The notes under the pieces: generated by a model
What the model saw: only the letters and a program-made list of their open reading frames with translations
Databases searched by the model: none
Told to the model about the DNA's origin: nothing
Sequence record: OQ603353.1
Reading direction: 5' to 3' (one strand)
Length of the DNA: 64,000 bases
Part shown: positions 1 through 7,899 of the stretch, in pieces
Layout: each line of letters begins with the position of its first letter
How positions within the stretch are numbered: the stretch's first letter is position 1
Program-made: the position numbers and the translations under genes

Positions 1-2
1 AC

Positions 3-566
3 AGCACTTCCGCTGCTGACCCTGCGAATGGCAAGATCACGTTCTCGGTAGAGCACATCTATCAGGCGTATCAGCAGAACATCGTTCCGGTCATCATGGA
101 ATACTCGAAGAACTGCACCATCGGACGTATCAACGCAGGACGCCCCACCTCTAGTCAGGAAGTGCTTGTCCGTATCTTCCGCGACTGCGAGGGTATTTCT
201 CTGACCGGTACACACTACACCGCTGTTCGTAGTCAGGCCCTGCGTACTCAGTTTGACGGACGCTTCGGCATGGTGGACGTGGTGCAGCAGAACTCTGCGA
301 TCTTCACGGATCTAAACACTGCGGCACTGACGTTCAAGTTTGACCTAATCTGCCTCACCTCCGCGTCTACTTACGCTTCGGGTTGGGCAGGCGCCAACGC
401 TCTCGATATTCCCACGTCGCTGACCAAGAATATCAACGTTGCCCAGGGTCCGCTGGAAGGAACGACCGGCCCTGAAAGCACCATCAGCATCAGTGCTGCG
501 GAAAACAAGTTCTTTGTGGAAAACCGAACCGGACAGAATCAGCTCGTTGCGGTTCTCATGTCCTAA
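3..566 (+). CDS. 3' part of a gene running off the left edge; probable virion fibre/spike C-terminus
   Basis: The frame of the listed ORF 96..566 is open back to position 3 (STSAADPANGKITFSVEHIYQAYQQNIVPVI-MEYS...), so the gene starts upstream of the window. Function is a guess from beta-rich composition and context. Confidence 0.6.
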   Translation, partial: STSAADPANGKITFSVEHIYQAYQQNIVPVIMEYSKNCTIGRINAGRPTSSQEVLVRIFRDCEGISLTGTHYTAVRSQALRTQFDGRFGMVDVVQQNSAIFTDLNTAALTFKFDLICLTSASTYASGWAGANALDIPTSLTKNINVAQGPLEGTTGPESTISISAAENKFFVENRTGQNQLVAVLMS

Positions 567-572
567 CGTGGT

Positions 573-597
573 GGTCACATGGACGTGACCCTTTCTT
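573..597 (+). terminator. Stem-loop GGTCAC-ATGGAC-GTGACC followed by CTTTCTT; terminator-like, with an ANGGAN loop
   Basis: Perfect 6-bp stem 7 nt after the stop at 566, with a pyrimidine tail. Confidence 0.55.
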
Positions 598-607
598 GAG
601 GTGCACA

Positions 608-751
608 ATGAAGCTATTGGTATTGATCGGAGTGCTAGCTCTGGCAGGCTGCAACTCGATGCCTACGCCGTCCAAGCCGCTGAACACTGGGGACGAAACG
701 CAACCTCCTCCGGGTTGTGTGGAACTACGTAAGCAAGGAGGCAAGTGCTAA
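608..751 (+). CDS. 47-aa lipoprotein (not in the ORF track)
   Basis: Translated by hand: MKLLVLIGVLALAGCNSMPTPSKPLNTGDETQPPPGCVELRKQGGKC*. It has a basic N-terminus, hydrophobic core and LAGC lipobox. GAGG lies upstream and the stop overlaps the next ATG (TAATG). Confidence 0.8.
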   Translation: MKLLVLIGVLALAGCNSMPTPSKPLNTGDETQPPPGCVELRKQGGKC

Positions 752-1173
752 TGGCCCTGTCGGTACAAGATTACACGGCACTGCGACGCATCCACTCCAA
801 GGCAATGTCTGCCTTCAAGTATGTGTCGGACAAAACCAAATGGGGACTGGTAGAGTATTGGGAACCCGAGGACGTACTGTTCCCCGTAGGTGCTAGGTTT
901 ACGGGAGATTGCGAAGAATTCGCTAGAGTGTGCATGCAGGAAAGCATCAAGGCCGGTTACAAAGCACGGCTCGTTGCATGCCTTACTGAAGGTGGCGAAG
1001 GCCACTGCATCTGTGAGGTGGCGGATGAGGAAGAAACGGGATCGTTCTTCTTAGACAACCGCAAGACCAACATCGTTACCAAACTGGGATTGACTGGCTA
1101 CAAGTTCTACAGCGTGTCGCCTTGGAATCCCCAATTTAGCGAGACTCGGCCGTGGAGGCTGGTCAAGGAGTAA
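751..1173 (+). CDS. Transglutaminase-like cysteine protease (BTLCP/LapG family), without signal peptide
   Basis: Motifs YVSD..WG..EYW.P, GDCEEF (Cys), EGH (His) and LDN (Asp). Strong SD AAGGAGG at 735-741 favours ATG 751 over GTG 745. Confidence 0.8.
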   Translation: MALSVQDYTALRRIHSKAMSAFKYVSDKTKWGLVEYWEPEDVLFPVGARFTGDCEEFARVCMQESIKAGYKARLVACLTEGGEGHCICEVADEEETGSFFLDNRKTNIVTKLGLTGYKFYSVSPWNPQFSETRPWRLVKE

Positions 1174-1176
1174 GGT

Positions 1177-1395
1177 ATGTCGCTGGTTCCAACCAACACA
1201 CCACGGCAAAAGATCGCTGCCAAATACAATCCTAGAATCACTAGGATTCGGAAGCAGAAAGCGCAACTGCGCAAGTCCTTGAAGAACGCCAATACGGCAC
1301 AGCGCAAGGTCATCGGTAACAAGATTCTGGCCATGAGTAATCAGATCGCTTTGCTTACGGTACAGCGCAACCGCGAGTTGCAGCGCCTCCGATAA
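1177..1395 (+). CDS. Small basic helical hypothetical protein
   Basis: 72-aa Lys/Arg-rich ORF, 3 nt after the upstream stop, preceded by AAGGAG. Confidence 0.65.
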   Translation: MSLVPTNTPRQKIAAKYNPRITRIRKQKAQLRKSLKNANTAQRKVIGNKILAMSNQIALLTVQRNRELQRLR

Positions 1396-1400
1396 GCCAA

Positions 1401-1440
1401 AAGAAAAGGGCCACCCCTTTCGGAGCGGCCCTTATGTTGT
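1401..1440. terminator. Bidirectional intrinsic terminator between convergent genes
   Basis: AAGGGCC...GGCCCTT stem with an A-tract on the left and a T-rich tail on the right. Confidence 0.7.
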
Positions 1441-1506
1441 TGGGTTGGACTGCAAGGATGCTAGTGTCCAGGAGTTAAGGGGAGCACGATGCTCCCCTTC
1501 TTTTTA

Positions 1507-2208
1507 TCAGCCCTCGTACTCGTCAGCGTCAACCGGAGACGACTGCTTACGCAGCATCTGGCGTTCAGCCCAGCGGGCCAGCTTATCGAAGTTCTTGATC
1601 TTGCTGGCTTCCTCGAAGACATAACGGTAGTCGGCCGCAGACAGACGTTCATCGCCACAGTTCTTGATGGACGCGTGCACTGCATCCATGTTCATATCCT
1701 TGGCCTGAACCATGATGTTCAAGATGACCGGATTGATCTGATTGGCGATCACCACGTCGTTCTCTGCATCCGGGTTGCGAATCGGCTTGCGGTTACGATC
1801 ACCCAGCGCTGCCGGGGTCTTGCCACTGCCACCGTTCTCAATGCCCATCGACGCATTGATGACCTCGTTACGGATGTTCTGAATACGTGCATGCTCCGCA
1901 CGTGCATCGCTGCGCTCCATGAACTTGTTGGCCGCTTCCGGGTCGATGATGAGCAGCAGACCGCTGTTGACCGCACGCTTGAACGGAGCCGAATTGACGA
2001 TCACGTCACGGTCGCCGATTTCAACAAGGTTCTGAGGAATGAAGGAAGCTTCAATCATCAGTCGGTTGTTGTCGTCGATGTGCAGGGACACGCGCGAGCT
2101 ATCCGAGTGTGCATTCACCGCCATGCGGTTTACGTTCAGCACCCACAGTTCGTCGTGCTCCGAACGAATGGCGTCCATGATGGTGATGGCGTGGTTTTCA
2201 AGACTCAT
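1507..2208 (-). CDS. Hypothetical protein
   Basis: 233-aa ORF with a 4-nt overlap to the upstream - strand gene; natural-looking composition. Confidence 0.7.
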   Translation of the reverse strand: MSLENHAITIMDAIRSEHDELWVLNVNRMAVNAHSDSSRVSLHIDDNNRLMIEASFIPQNLVEIGDRDVIVNSAPFKRAVNSGLLLIIDPEAANKFMERSDARAEHARIQNIRNEVINASMGIENGGSGKTPAALGDRNRKPIRNPDAENDVVIANQINPVILNIMVQAKDMNMDAVHASIKNCGDERLSAADYRYVFEEASKIKNFDKLARWAERQMLRKQSSPVDADEYEG

Positions 2209-2708
2209 GAGAAATCTCCGATGGGTTTAAGGATTTGATACTCCGCCTTTGTCAGGTTCAATACCCTGCGCAGGCGGTGATTGTGGGCATTGAGGAAAGC
2301 CAAGTCGCCTTCCTCTAACTTTTTGATTCCCGACAGGAATGCCTTCCAGTTCTTTCTAGACAAGGCAGCTATGAACTTGCTGACGGACCATTTCGATTGG
2401 CTAAACCAAGGCGAAGCTAGTTTGTCTCTGCACAGCTGCTCAATGTCATCCGGTAGCACTGTCGTGGCATACGGCACGCGCTCTAGGAATGTTGCATACT
2501 CATCGAGAATCAGGATGCGGGCTATTCTTAACTTACCTCTCTCCCGAGAGGTACGCAGGGCAGCTAACGTGATGCCCTTGGTGGTTGCAATGAGCTTCGG
2601 GGTAGTAACACCTTTGATGCACATTCCCTGAGCCCAATACATGCAGGAGAAGTTCCCACATGATCCTGTATAAGAAGTACCGATAAGTGGACAGCGAAGC
2701 TTTGTCAC
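2205..2708 (-). CDS. Hypothetical protein with N-terminal Cys cluster
   Basis: 167-aa ORF coupled to both neighbours by 4-nt overlaps; CPLIG..SCGNFSC....GMC. Confidence 0.65.
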   Translation of the reverse strand: MTKLRCPLIGTSYTGSCGNFSCMYWAQGMCIKGVTTPKLIATTKGITLAALRTSRERGKLRIARILILDEYATFLERVPYATTVLPDDIEQLCRDKLASPWFSQSKWSVSKFIAALSRKNWKAFLSGIKKLEEGDLAFLNAHNHRLRRVLNLTKAEYQILKPIGDFS

Positions 2709-3943
2709 TTTCTCCCTTTCCGACTAATAGCTTTGAGTAGCTTGTTCAAAGTTGCCTTGGTGAATTGGTAGTGGGGCAGGCTGTAATATAGCTCGGACGC
2801 ATACACACCAATAAGCATCGCATCAATAACGTGAGGCTCTTGATCCGTTTGCTTGTATACGTCCTCAAGGTTGAACTTGGCGTTGAATGCGTTTTTCCAC
2901 TGCGACGCAGGGAATACCACAGTCGGTTCTTTCGTTCGTACCATGAATGCCCCGATCATTGCGTTCACTGCTTCCATCGTGGTGCCGTTCAAGCCCATGC
3001 GATACATGAACCTTTCCGCCGCCCACGCAGAAGCACCGAACTCCTGACCTAGTGACTCAATCTCATTCAAGAAGCTCAATACTTGCATTCGATGTTCGCT
3101 TCCGACCATCGACTTAACTGTGCTGTTGATCTTCCCTGATCCACGTACTACTGGAAGTTTTCCATACTCCACGTTGAGGCATGCCCATGCACAGTTGGAC
3201 GTACCTGGGTCGAGACTGAGAATGGTCATCATTGGCCGCTCAACACGGCGAATGATTCCCGCAACCCAATCGAACCCTGATCTGAACCACCCTTCGGGAA
3301 GCTCATAGGCATTGCGTCCCTTGACCACAAAGACGCGCAGCTTTTTCTTCTTTCCAGCTTTAGCCAAACTGACGAACTTGTCCCATTCCGAGTACAGCTT
3401 GTTTACGCTCACTGCACAGATGGGGGCGCCGTTGGCCATAGCAGACGGAACATAGTGGCGGACGATCTTGTCAGTGGTAAAGGCGATGGAATCCCCATCC
3501 CTAGCCGCCGTGATCTTGCCACGTATACAATTAGTCGGAAGGCGTCCTGAGCGATATTTGGCAGGTGGGGCCTTGCATTTGGGGCAGCTGTCGAACTTGG
3601 TAGCCGTAGCCCAATTATGTGCCGCCACGAACTGCTTGTTGCACACCTTGCACAGGTAACGCCGTCCTTTAGCCTCAATCCGAATGGGTAGCACACGGTC
3701 GAATTTCTTGATGACCCGAGCTATCCATTCGGCTTGCTGCTGGCCTCCTGCATACATGCAAGCCTGACACTTGCCTGCACTCGACAACATAACCCGAGGG
3801 CTACGATTGAACGTCTTGCCACACCCCACGCACTTGTGGGCTATGGCTATGTCCCTGCCTCGATACTTACCCAGCATCAAGTTGGAACCAAATCGCTTAG
3901 TCAGCGCCGCAGTGTAGGCCGCTGCCTTAGCCCCTTTTGCCAC
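2705..3943 (-). CDS. ruvC: Zinc-ribbon repeats fused to a C-terminal RuvC-like Holliday junction resolvase
   Basis: C-terminal ~175 aa has LSLDPGT (D), AAERF (E) and HVIDA (D) in RuvC spacing. The N-terminus has four CxxC pairs (CVGC, CQAC, CKVC, CPKC). Confidence 0.7.
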   Translation of the reverse strand: MAKGAKAAAYTAALTKRFGSNLMLGKYRGRDIAIAHKCVGCGKTFNRSPRVMLSSAGKCQACMYAGGQQQAEWIARVIKKFDRVLPIRIEAKGRRYLCKVCNKQFVAAHNWATATKFDSCPKCKAPPAKYRSGRLPTNCIRGKITAARDGDSIAFTTDKIVRHYVPSAMANGAPICAVSVNKLYSEWDKFVSLAKAGKKKKLRVFVVKGRNAYELPEGWFRSGFDWVAGIIRRVERPMMTILSLDPGTSNCAWACLNVEYGKLPVVRGSGKINSTVKSMVGSEHRMQVLSFLNEIESLGQEFGASAWAAERFMYRMGLNGTTMEAVNAMIGAFMVRTKEPTVVFPASQWKNAFNAKFNLEDVYKQTDQEPHVIDAMLIGVYASELYYSLPHYQFTKATLNKLLKAISRKGRK

Positions 3944-4006
3944 AAATCCTCCGAAATTGGCGGTTAAACGTGCTATAGCTGGGATTGTCTAGATAGCCCC
4001 AGCAGT

Positions 4007-4014
4007 TAATTTTA
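4007..4014 (+). promoter_or_regulatory. Candidate late-promoter element TAATTTTA
   Basis: Intergenic, upstream of the structural block. The motif recurs at 15365, 17265, 50468 and, as a variant, 26185. Confidence 0.45.
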
Positions 4015-4064
4015 GATGACAGGCAAGCTCCCCTTGAACGTAGCGGGACGCTTCCTACGCCTAT

Positions 4065-4073
4065 TATTTACAG
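4065..4073 (-). promoter_or_regulatory. Candidate middle-promoter element CTGTAAATA for the - strand operon
   Basis: + strand TATTTACAG is the reverse complement of the core found upstream of five + strand non-structural genes. Confidence 0.5.
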
Positions 4074-4109
4074 TATTGCCCTGAACCGATTTCCTCATAA
4101 GAGTTGCTC

Positions 4110-5342
4110 ATGGCCACTAGAGTTTCACGGCCGAAAAGGCCATATCTACCTCCCAAGAATAATCGGTTGGTGAGTGTAGGGCAGCGTAATCTACAAGCCC
4201 TGCATCACAACAATCGACAGAACGTAATCAACGCCATCAGCGCTACCGGGTACCCCATCACCCTCTACAACACTCTGAGGACGGGCATCAAATGTAGCTG
4301 CATGTTCGTACAGCAACCTCCGAACCAACTCCTAGATCAAGAGGGGAAGCTTTCGGAAAGCAATATGAACGCGCTTCTTGAGCCTAGCTCTGGCCTACTT
4401 GATTACGGACAAGACACGCTACCCTCTGAGAACCTGCAATCGGTTCTTCCGGTGGAGCGAATCGCGCTCAACGATACTTCGCGTCCGATCCTGAATCCAT
4501 ACGAGCGCGCCGAACGCACTCAATTTGACCACATCGACACATCCACTGCACAGATGGATCGGATGGTGGACGATTGGGATACGCTCGAAATGGATACGGA
4601 GTTTGACGCAGTGCTGACCCCTGAACGCTTCATGGCTAATCAGGGACGCGCCTGCGCCGTGTGCTTCGGTACGGGTTACGTGGGTGGGTACGAACTGCTG
4701 CATGGCACTCGACTCATCCTGACGCCTCTGCATCCACATGAGCGCTCGGACACGATTGTACTTGATCGCAACGCCAGTCCTAACACGTTTGACAGCATGA
4801 CGGAAGGTTGGGTTCGTTTCCAAGTCACGCTGCCGCGAGGCACTGACTACGCCCTATTCCCCCGACTGTTCAACAACACGATCCCCATCCCCTACAAGGA
4901 ATGGAAGCTGTTGGATAACGAGGGCATTCGGATGGACCCTGCACGTATCAAGGAATTGTGCATTGGTAAACCGATCTTCATTGAGGTACACGTAGGTAAG
5001 CTAGTGTTCACCCATCTGGAGATTCTTCTCAGCGGTCGGCCTCAGAATCAGCCGCTCAAAGCAGACAGTCCTGAAATCCAGACGATCACTGACGTGAACC
5101 GAATGGACGCCAAGACGCCTGTTACGTGGATTCTCGGTGGCACCTACAATATCTCCAAGCGCGCTGTGGTGATTGACCACTTGCCGGGAATGAGTAGGCA
5201 CTGGCGAGTCAACGACATTCAAGCCCGTCGGGATAACCTCAACTGGATTTACGAAGAGACTCTATCGAGTCGATTGGTTGATCTGTACGAAATCACCCAA
5301 CTCCTACGTCCTGTCCGTTATGAAACGGCCCCACTAGACTAA
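4110..5342 (+). CDS. Probable virion protein with Cys motifs (CSC...CAVCFGTGYVGGY)
   Basis: Long ORF at the head of the structural block. I recall the CxC...CxxCxGTGxxGGY motif from large-myovirus virion proteins; not verified by search. Confidence 0.55.
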   Translation: MATRVSRPKRPYLPPKNNRLVSVGQRNLQALHHNNRQNVINAISATGYPITLYNTLRTGIKCSCMFVQQPPNQLLDQEGKLSESNMNALLEPSSGLLDYGQDTLPSENLQSVLPVERIALNDTSRPILNPYERAERTQFDHIDTSTAQMDRMVDDWDTLEMDTEFDAVLTPERFMANQGRACAVCFGTGYVGGYELLHGTRLILTPLHPHERSDTIVLDRNASPNTFDSMTEGWVRFQVTLPRGTDYALFPRLFNNTIPIPYKEWKLLDNEGIRMDPARIKELCIGKPIFIEVHVGKLVFTHLEILLSGRPQNQPLKADSPEIQTITDVNRMDAKTPVTWILGGTYNISKRAVVIDHLPGMSRHWRVNDIQARRDNLNWIYEETLSSRLVDLYEITQLLRPVRYETAPLD

Positions 5343-5350
5343 AACAACTT

Positions 5351-6658
5351 ATGAACAAGCTAAAGCGTCTCGGTCAGTCTACGGTGACTGCTCTCACTGA
5401 TTATCAGTTCCGCACTGTGGGTGAAGTGGAAAAGGTTCTGGCAAGCATGCCGCTGCCTACGATGGAAACTGCCACGTCCCTGCGTCGTCTCCCCATCTCC
5501 GACTCGAAGGAAGAAGTCCCCGTTGAGGACAACAAGCCAGAAGGTTGGACGCCGGGCCAGCGCCTGTCCACCAACAAGTTCAAGCATACTGGTGTTCCGG
5601 GTGAGCCGGTCAAGTTCAATCAGCGTGAATCGCGCGAGATTCGGGCCCTGACCAACCTGCACCACGACTTGGCGGATCAGGGCGAGAAGATCAACTCTCT
5701 CAAGGTCAACGCCCTAAATTCGTTCAAGGGTTCCAAGTTTGAATCTCAGATGGAACGCGCTCTTGGCCTGTTCGACAAGCGCGAGCGCGAACTGCTGGAA
5801 CACGAACTGGACGCACACGGTCGCCTGCACGAAATCGCAGAGAATGCGATCCCCGAGGACGCCCGTGTCACGTTCAACAAGACGGTCAACCCCATCGTCA
5901 AGAATCTGGCAGGCAAGTACAAGTCGCTGACCCGTCGCTACACCGTGACTCTGCTGCCGTCGGATCAGAATGTGGTGCAGTTCCAGCTGATCGTCTCGCT
6001 GGAGAAGCTCAAGAATGACAAGGGCTTTGTTTACCCGCACTTCTACATGATTGTCACCTGTATCATCGACAATCGGAATCATTACCACTACTACGTGGAC
6101 ACTTCGACGGCCAAGCCGGTTCCCAATGTGACTCCTATCGAGCACGAAAGCCGTGGCTTCTCCTTCACCAAGGCTGATGACGGTCGCCGCCTGCTGCAAT
6201 CGCACCTGCTGGTGGACGAAAGCATCGACCTGAGTATCCCGACTGAACTGCCGCGCAGTAAGGAAGAGATTGAGGGCACCAAGTTCCGTAACGACAACAT
6301 CCGCACGGTCAAGGTCAACGCTGACGATCACACGATCACGTTTACCACGGATAAGGATGTTGGTCCTAAGCTGGTGGACAAGGTGGTAAAGGACATTCTC
6401 GCCGATCTTGCTGGTCTGTTCCTGAGCAAGAACCTGCATGAGAAGATGAAGCACAAGGTAACCAAGCTGAGCACCGGCGGTTACAAGGTGGTGGTGTGGG
6501 TTGGTACTCCGACTGCTCGCATCGGTAAGGAGTATCAGGCAGACAGCCATCGTCTCGACGTGTTGCAGCACGATCTGGGTCTGGATGAAACTCAGGTCAA
6601 TCAGATTCGCCGCATGCTGCGTGGCCGCTCGCAGATTCGTATTCCGGATCATGAGTAA
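5351..6658 (+). CDS. Hypothetical protein, probable internal head protein
   Basis: 435-aa ORF with strong phage-like codon bias; N-terminal VTA/VLA/ETA motifs. Confidence 0.7.
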   Translation: MNKLKRLGQSTVTALTDYQFRTVGEVEKVLASMPLPTMETATSLRRLPISDSKEEVPVEDNKPEGWTPGQRLSTNKFKHTGVPGEPVKFNQRESREIRALTNLHHDLADQGEKINSLKVNALNSFKGSKFESQMERALGLFDKRERELLEHELDAHGRLHEIAENAIPEDARVTFNKTVNPIVKNLAGKYKSLTRRYTVTLLPSDQNVVQFQLIVSLEKLKNDKGFVYPHFYMIVTCIIDNRNHYHYYVDTSTAKPVPNVTPIEHESRGFSFTKADDGRRLLQSHLLVDESIDLSIPTELPRSKEEIEGTKFRNDNIRTVKVNADDHTITFTTDKDVGPKLVDKVVKDILADLAGLFLSKNLHEKMKHKVTKLSTGGYKVVVWVGTPTARIGKEYQADSHRLDVLQHDLGLDETQVNQIRRMLRGRSQIRIPDHE

Positions 6659-7889
6659 GCTTCGGCAGGTGCTGGTAGTGCAGGCGGACAAGGGCAACAA
6701 CGTAGATGACCCCAACATTACTCAGGACAGCACGGCGCTGGACAATCACGAACTGGCAATCTTCGGATTCGGCAAGAAGGCAGCGCATGAACGCAAGCGC
6801 ACTGCTTTCTACAAGCACCAAGACTCCGAAGTCGAGCACCTGAAAAATCACGCACGCTCTACCGGCTTCAACGGACACATCATGCGCGGTGGCAAGTTCA
6901 CCAAACGATACATCGCGCACATCAAGAAAGTGAATGACCCTGCCATCGCCCACCGGGTCATTCAATTCCATCACAAGAACCAGCTTGGTGTGAAGCATCG
7001 CCTTGGCTATCATCATGGCTTTACTACCGCAGTAGTAGACGCCGGACCTGATCCGCACACGGATGACTTCCACGATCTAAACGCGGAGCATTCCATGACT
7101 GAGAAGACTGAAAACGCTGCACTGTGGAACGGTGAAGCAACGCACACGATGGGTGACAACCTTGGCGAGATTATGGACGGTCGCCAGTTTGTTGGTACCT
7201 TGCTTGACTACGAGTTCAACGAAGTGCCCGTGTGGTATCAGCCGCGCAACAACACGCACTTCCGAGGTTCCTCCACACTGGTGATCCCTGATCGCACGGT
7301 GGCCTACGGTAACTGGAAGGTTCTGTCTACCAACGGCAAATTCCACGTGCGCAAGCTGCGTGCTTTCCTCGACAAGCAGCTGCCGCCCGACCGTCGTACG
7401 CCTGACTACAAGGCACTCAAGATCGAAATCAATCCGTCGGAGCTGGTCAAGTCCGTGGACACCACGATCCAGCCCAAGACTCAGGTGGACCTGACGGGTG
7501 GCACGATGAAGGTCACTCAGGATCGCCGCCTGTGGGACGATGAAACTTCGGTACTGGCGAACGAACAGATCGACATGCTGCTCACTCAGATGACGGCGGC
7601 CGGCTTCAATTTTGTACGTAGCTACTACAGCGTACACTACGCGTTCTACAACGCCAAGCTGGATAACCACGTTCTGTTCAACCTCACCACCTCTCGGACC
7701 AAGAGCATTCAGGAAATCGAGAATGCACTGAACGCAATCAGCTGGAACTTCCAGCCGTTGCCGTTCCAGTGGCCTGCGTACAACTACACCGCTCCCACGT
7801 GGCGCGCTATGGTGGAGTTGGATAACGGGCGTCGGCTTGTGATGGCATTGGACTACGCCAAGAGCACTTTGGTGTTCGACCTCCTGTAA
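6651..7889 (+). CDS. Hypothetical protein with His-rich N-terminal region, probable head protein
   Basis: ATG at 6651 (MSKLRQVLVV...) overlaps the upstream stop by 8 nt; the longer track start at 6501 is unlikely. Confidence 0.7.
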   Translation: MSKLRQVLVVQADKGNNVDDPNITQDSTALDNHELAIFGFGKKAAHERKRTAFYKHQDSEVEHLKNHARSTGFNGHIMRGGKFTKRYIAHIKKVNDPAIAHRVIQFHHKNQLGVKHRLGYHHGFTTAVVDAGPDPHTDDFHDLNAEHSMTEKTENAALWNGEATHTMGDNLGEIMDGRQFVGTLLDYEFNEVPVWYQPRNNTHFRGSSTLVIPDRTVAYGNWKVLSTNGKFHVRKLRAFLDKQLPPDRRTPDYKALKIEINPSELVKSVDTTIQPKTQVDLTGGTMKVTQDRRLWDDETSVLANEQIDMLLTQMTAAGFNFVRSYYSVHYAFYNAKLDNHVLFNLTTSRTKSIQEIENALNAISWNFQPLPFQWPAYNYTAPTWRAMVELDNGRRLVMALDYAKSTLVFDLL

Positions 7890-7899
7890 CGGAACTTAT

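Noticed and set aside
733-753. Programmed -1 frameshift fusing the lipoprotein and protease
   Set aside because: The shared open window (733-748, GCAAGGAGGCAAGTGC) has no X XXY YYZ slippery heptamer, and the downstream gene has its own strong SD.
1489-2238. + strand 249-aa ORF opposite 1507..2208
   Set aside because: It has shadow-frame composition (V/D/H/R-rich). The - strand ORF is coupled to its operon neighbours and ends at the bidirectional terminator.
2705-3943. TnpB/IscB/Cas12-like RNA-guided nuclease (RuvC plus Zn fingers)
   Set aside because: The RuvC motifs are contiguous in one ~175-aa resolvase-like block, not split around a bridge helix, Zn finger or HNH. No IS ends or guide-RNA-sized locus are evident.
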